A DNA stretch of 64,000 nt from Catajapyx aquilonaris (taxonomy: Eukaryota), in contig KZ538182.1 in NCBI GenBank assembly GCA_000934665.2, forward strand, positions 1 to 64,000. Direction: 5' to 3'. The first letter of the stretch is position 1. The number at the start of each line of letters is the position of its first letter. Positions 61,868-64,000 of this stretch are shown here, in pieces. The notes under the pieces are model-generated. The model was not told where the DNA came from. It saw only the letters and a program-made list of their open reading frames with translations, and did no database searches. The position numbers were made by a program, and so were the translations under genes.

Positions 61868-61970
61868 TCTTGTAGAACGGCTCTGTCCGTCCGTCTGTGG
61901 ACATGTATCAGGGGCAAAACCGCAAGAGACAGCGACAAACGGTTTTCGGATTCGGATTCAGCGGACCATA
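61868..61970 (+). mobile_element. Short dispersed repeat, DINE-1/Helentron-like (copy 3)
   Basis: TCTTGTAGAACGGCTCTGTCCGTCCGTCTGTGGACA...AACGGTTTTCGGATTCGGATTCAGC. Confidence 0.6.
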
Positions 61971-62230
61971 AATAGGTTACATGAGAGAAATCTCGACTGA
62001 CAACATTCAAAGTCATTGCTGTCCTATTAAAATTTCATTGGCCGCAAGAAAAACGTCTACTCGAATCGCCCTCGAGTGATTTGCCCATCTTGTTTAAAAT
62101 TATACCTCGTGAATATGTGCATGAAATTGAGGTATTTTTTGGAATCTTTGTTGCAACTGCTTGACTTTATTTTATCTATGCTCTACATATGGATTATTTT
62201 GAACTTTTTTTTTTTTGGGGGGGGGGGGGG

Positions 62231-62241
62231 NNNNNNNNNNN
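62231..62241. other. Assembly gap (N run) after a poly-T/poly-G tract; a single N also at 24224
   Basis: N characters in the sequence. Confidence 0.99.
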
Positions 62242-63046
62242 TCCCCAAATATATGGATATTATTATTATATGTGAACCGAGTGGACATGTCCGTAATCAG
62301 CCGAGGTTGTCCATCCTATCGTGTGATTGTGTGTGCACAGCTTCGGACATGATCGATTGTTTCACTTTATTGGCAACCTCCTCCGGGCAATAATTTTTTT
62401 TCCTTATTCCCGCAAAAGGTGTCACTGGGGCGACTCTGTTTTACTGCATATAATGTATGCCCGCCTTGTTTTCTGACTGGAAGTGACGTCAATTTCTGGC
62501 TGGCTCGGATGACTGGCCAAACCAGCAGGCCTTTGACTCGTTGTGTGTGGGCCGATCCTATATGACTGTGTGTGTGTGTGCTGACTGCCCTATTTACCTC
62601 CTCCTGACACCACACACCAGCAGAGAGAGGGAAAGTGACATCCCGCGCACCATACACACAAGGCCTGGTGTGTACGCAGCAGGTACCGTCCTTTTGTCTC
62701 GTCCACTTTGTATAAGACCCTTCCGCCTTTTCCTCTCTGCTGCGATGGCAGTATAATTAACGGCGTCACATAACTCACATTAACCCGTAGCATATTAGGA
62801 AAGAGCGTGTGTGTGCCTTGTCTTGCATGTACAGCATGTATATAGAGTGAGCAGTGTGTGTGCGGAAGAAAGTGAACGTGAGCCGACCAATCGGAGACGA
62901 AATGAGGCCAGAAGAAGCACGACTCTGCCTCAGTTAATTATTGCACAGAGGAATTGCCCTCCAGGCGATCGAGAGGCCCATCGCAGGGTTTATATGGCCA
63001 TACAACAAAGACCAAGACTCGACTACTCATATCAGTTCACGTGTCT

Positions 63047-63208
63047 GGAGGCGTACACTCATCCAGGTCACTCGCAATCGACAAAGTCGATTGACGTCAA
63101 AATGACGTCGCCAATGATGACCAGGGCTGGGCGAGGAGAATTGGCGACGTCATTTTGACGTCAATCGACTTTGTCGATTGCGAGTGACCTGGATGAGTAT
63201 ACGCCTCC
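63047..63208. repeat. Near-perfect foldback, ~69-bp arms with a 24-nt loop
   Basis: GGAGGCGTACACTCATCCAGGTCACTCGCAATCGACAAAGTCGATTGACGTCAAAATGACGTCGCCAAT and its reverse complement (one mismatch seen). Confidence 0.9.
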
Positions 63209-63271
63209 TGGTCTTCACAAACTTATTGTGGCGACGGTGGACCTCGGACTGTGCAGCAGTTGGGACCTCCA

Positions 63272-63428
63272 CCACCGTAGACCGCAGGCCGAGAAAAAAG
63301 CGAGAGAAGAGAGTGCCTTTCTAGGAAAATGCGAGCGAAACGAGTGATTTTCTAGTTCATTTAAGAGAATTGTAGAAAACCACTCGCTTCGCTCTCTTTT
63401 TCCTAGGCCTGCGGCTTACAGTGGTGGT
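63272..63428. mobile_element. Small MITE-like element; related pieces at ~27655-27772 and ~23760-23835
   Basis: CCACCGTAGACCGCAGGCC ... GGCCTGCGGCTTACAGTGG ends with internal GCGAGCGAA(A/G)CGAG / CTCGCTTCGCTC repeats. Confidence 0.55.
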
Positions 63429-63818
63429 GGAGGCCGCAACTTGCTGAGTAGTCCAAGTCCACCGTTGCCCCCCAGGCACGGCAACCCCCCAGGCGTAACA
63501 TGTGCAAATTCCGCCAAACCCCTTTTTCATTCCATTATTGGCCACCGCCTCTATGATAACAACAGTGCAACACGACAATTCTGCAACACGCAGATCGTGG
63601 GAATAAATCGGGCAAGGTCCTTGAAAGGGGCTCCAAGCATCACGTGCTGATCTCTTTCTTGTTTTTTTTTAACAATATTTTTTTGCGTGGTTTTGTGTTG
63701 ACCTGAAGGATGGGGAAGAGGTCATCCTCCTGGCAAAAAGGCTTGCCTCCCCTATAGTCATTATGTTACCAGGAAATGAATCGTGGTTCGGACTGATGAG
63801 GAAAAACCAGTCGTGAAA

Positions 63819-63840
63819 ATGGGAAATTGTTGGGGTCCGG
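63819..63840 (+). CDS. Possible first coding exon (MGNCWGP-) of a downstream N-acylated protein that continues outside the window
   Basis: GAAAATGG start context, MGNC myristoylation/palmitoylation-type N-terminus, perfect donor CGG|GTAAGT. Too short to confirm. Confidence 0.3.
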
Positions 63841-64000
63841 GTAAGTTGCCAAGATGTATGACTGACACGAGGAGGAGGGTGCGAGCATGTAGACCGATAC
63901 TTGCTTGGTCGGGGGGAGGGGAAGTCATGCTGACGATGAGGTATAATATGAAGCAGGAATCGAGGGTAAGAGGAACTCGACGGAAAGGAAGGGGCTCGGT

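Noticed and set aside
63790..63825. Hammerhead ribozyme core (CTGATGAG...GAAA)
   Set aside because: No stem II closing directly onto GAAA and no stems I/III; only a simple GACTG/CAGTC hairpin.

Overview
Animal (arthropod-like) genomic DNA with GC-rich exons, many 50-65 bp introns and numerous MITEs/SINEs; the species cannot be determined from the sequence. I built spliced gene models by hand; every model has GT-AG introns, consistent phases and a total length divisible by 3. In order: ZSWIM8/Dora (+), dynactin p62 DCTN4 (-), RPS14 (+), a TMEM72-like gene (-), a divergent SLC23/NAT transporter (+), HIF prolyl hydroxylase EGLN1/PHD (+) and a divergent Elongin C-like gene (-). These are followed by a ~24 kb tandem array (36.0-60.3 kb, all minus strand) of six highly diverged secreted proteins that the ORF track hides because their exons are tiny. 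All six carry the odorant-binding-protein (OBP) six-Cys spacing plus about six extra conserved Cys, and share one exon skeleton including an invariant 36-nt C-x3-C exon. Other highlights: ZSWIM8 has no in-frame AUG before its conserved N-terminus (candidate CUG start under an overlapping uORF); EGLN1 has an HRE-rich internal promoter with an in-phase alternative first exon giving a MYND-less isoform; the Elongin C paralog stops before its C-terminal helix; and one MITE family makes 7-bp TSDs. Family assignments come from remembered motifs, not database searches.
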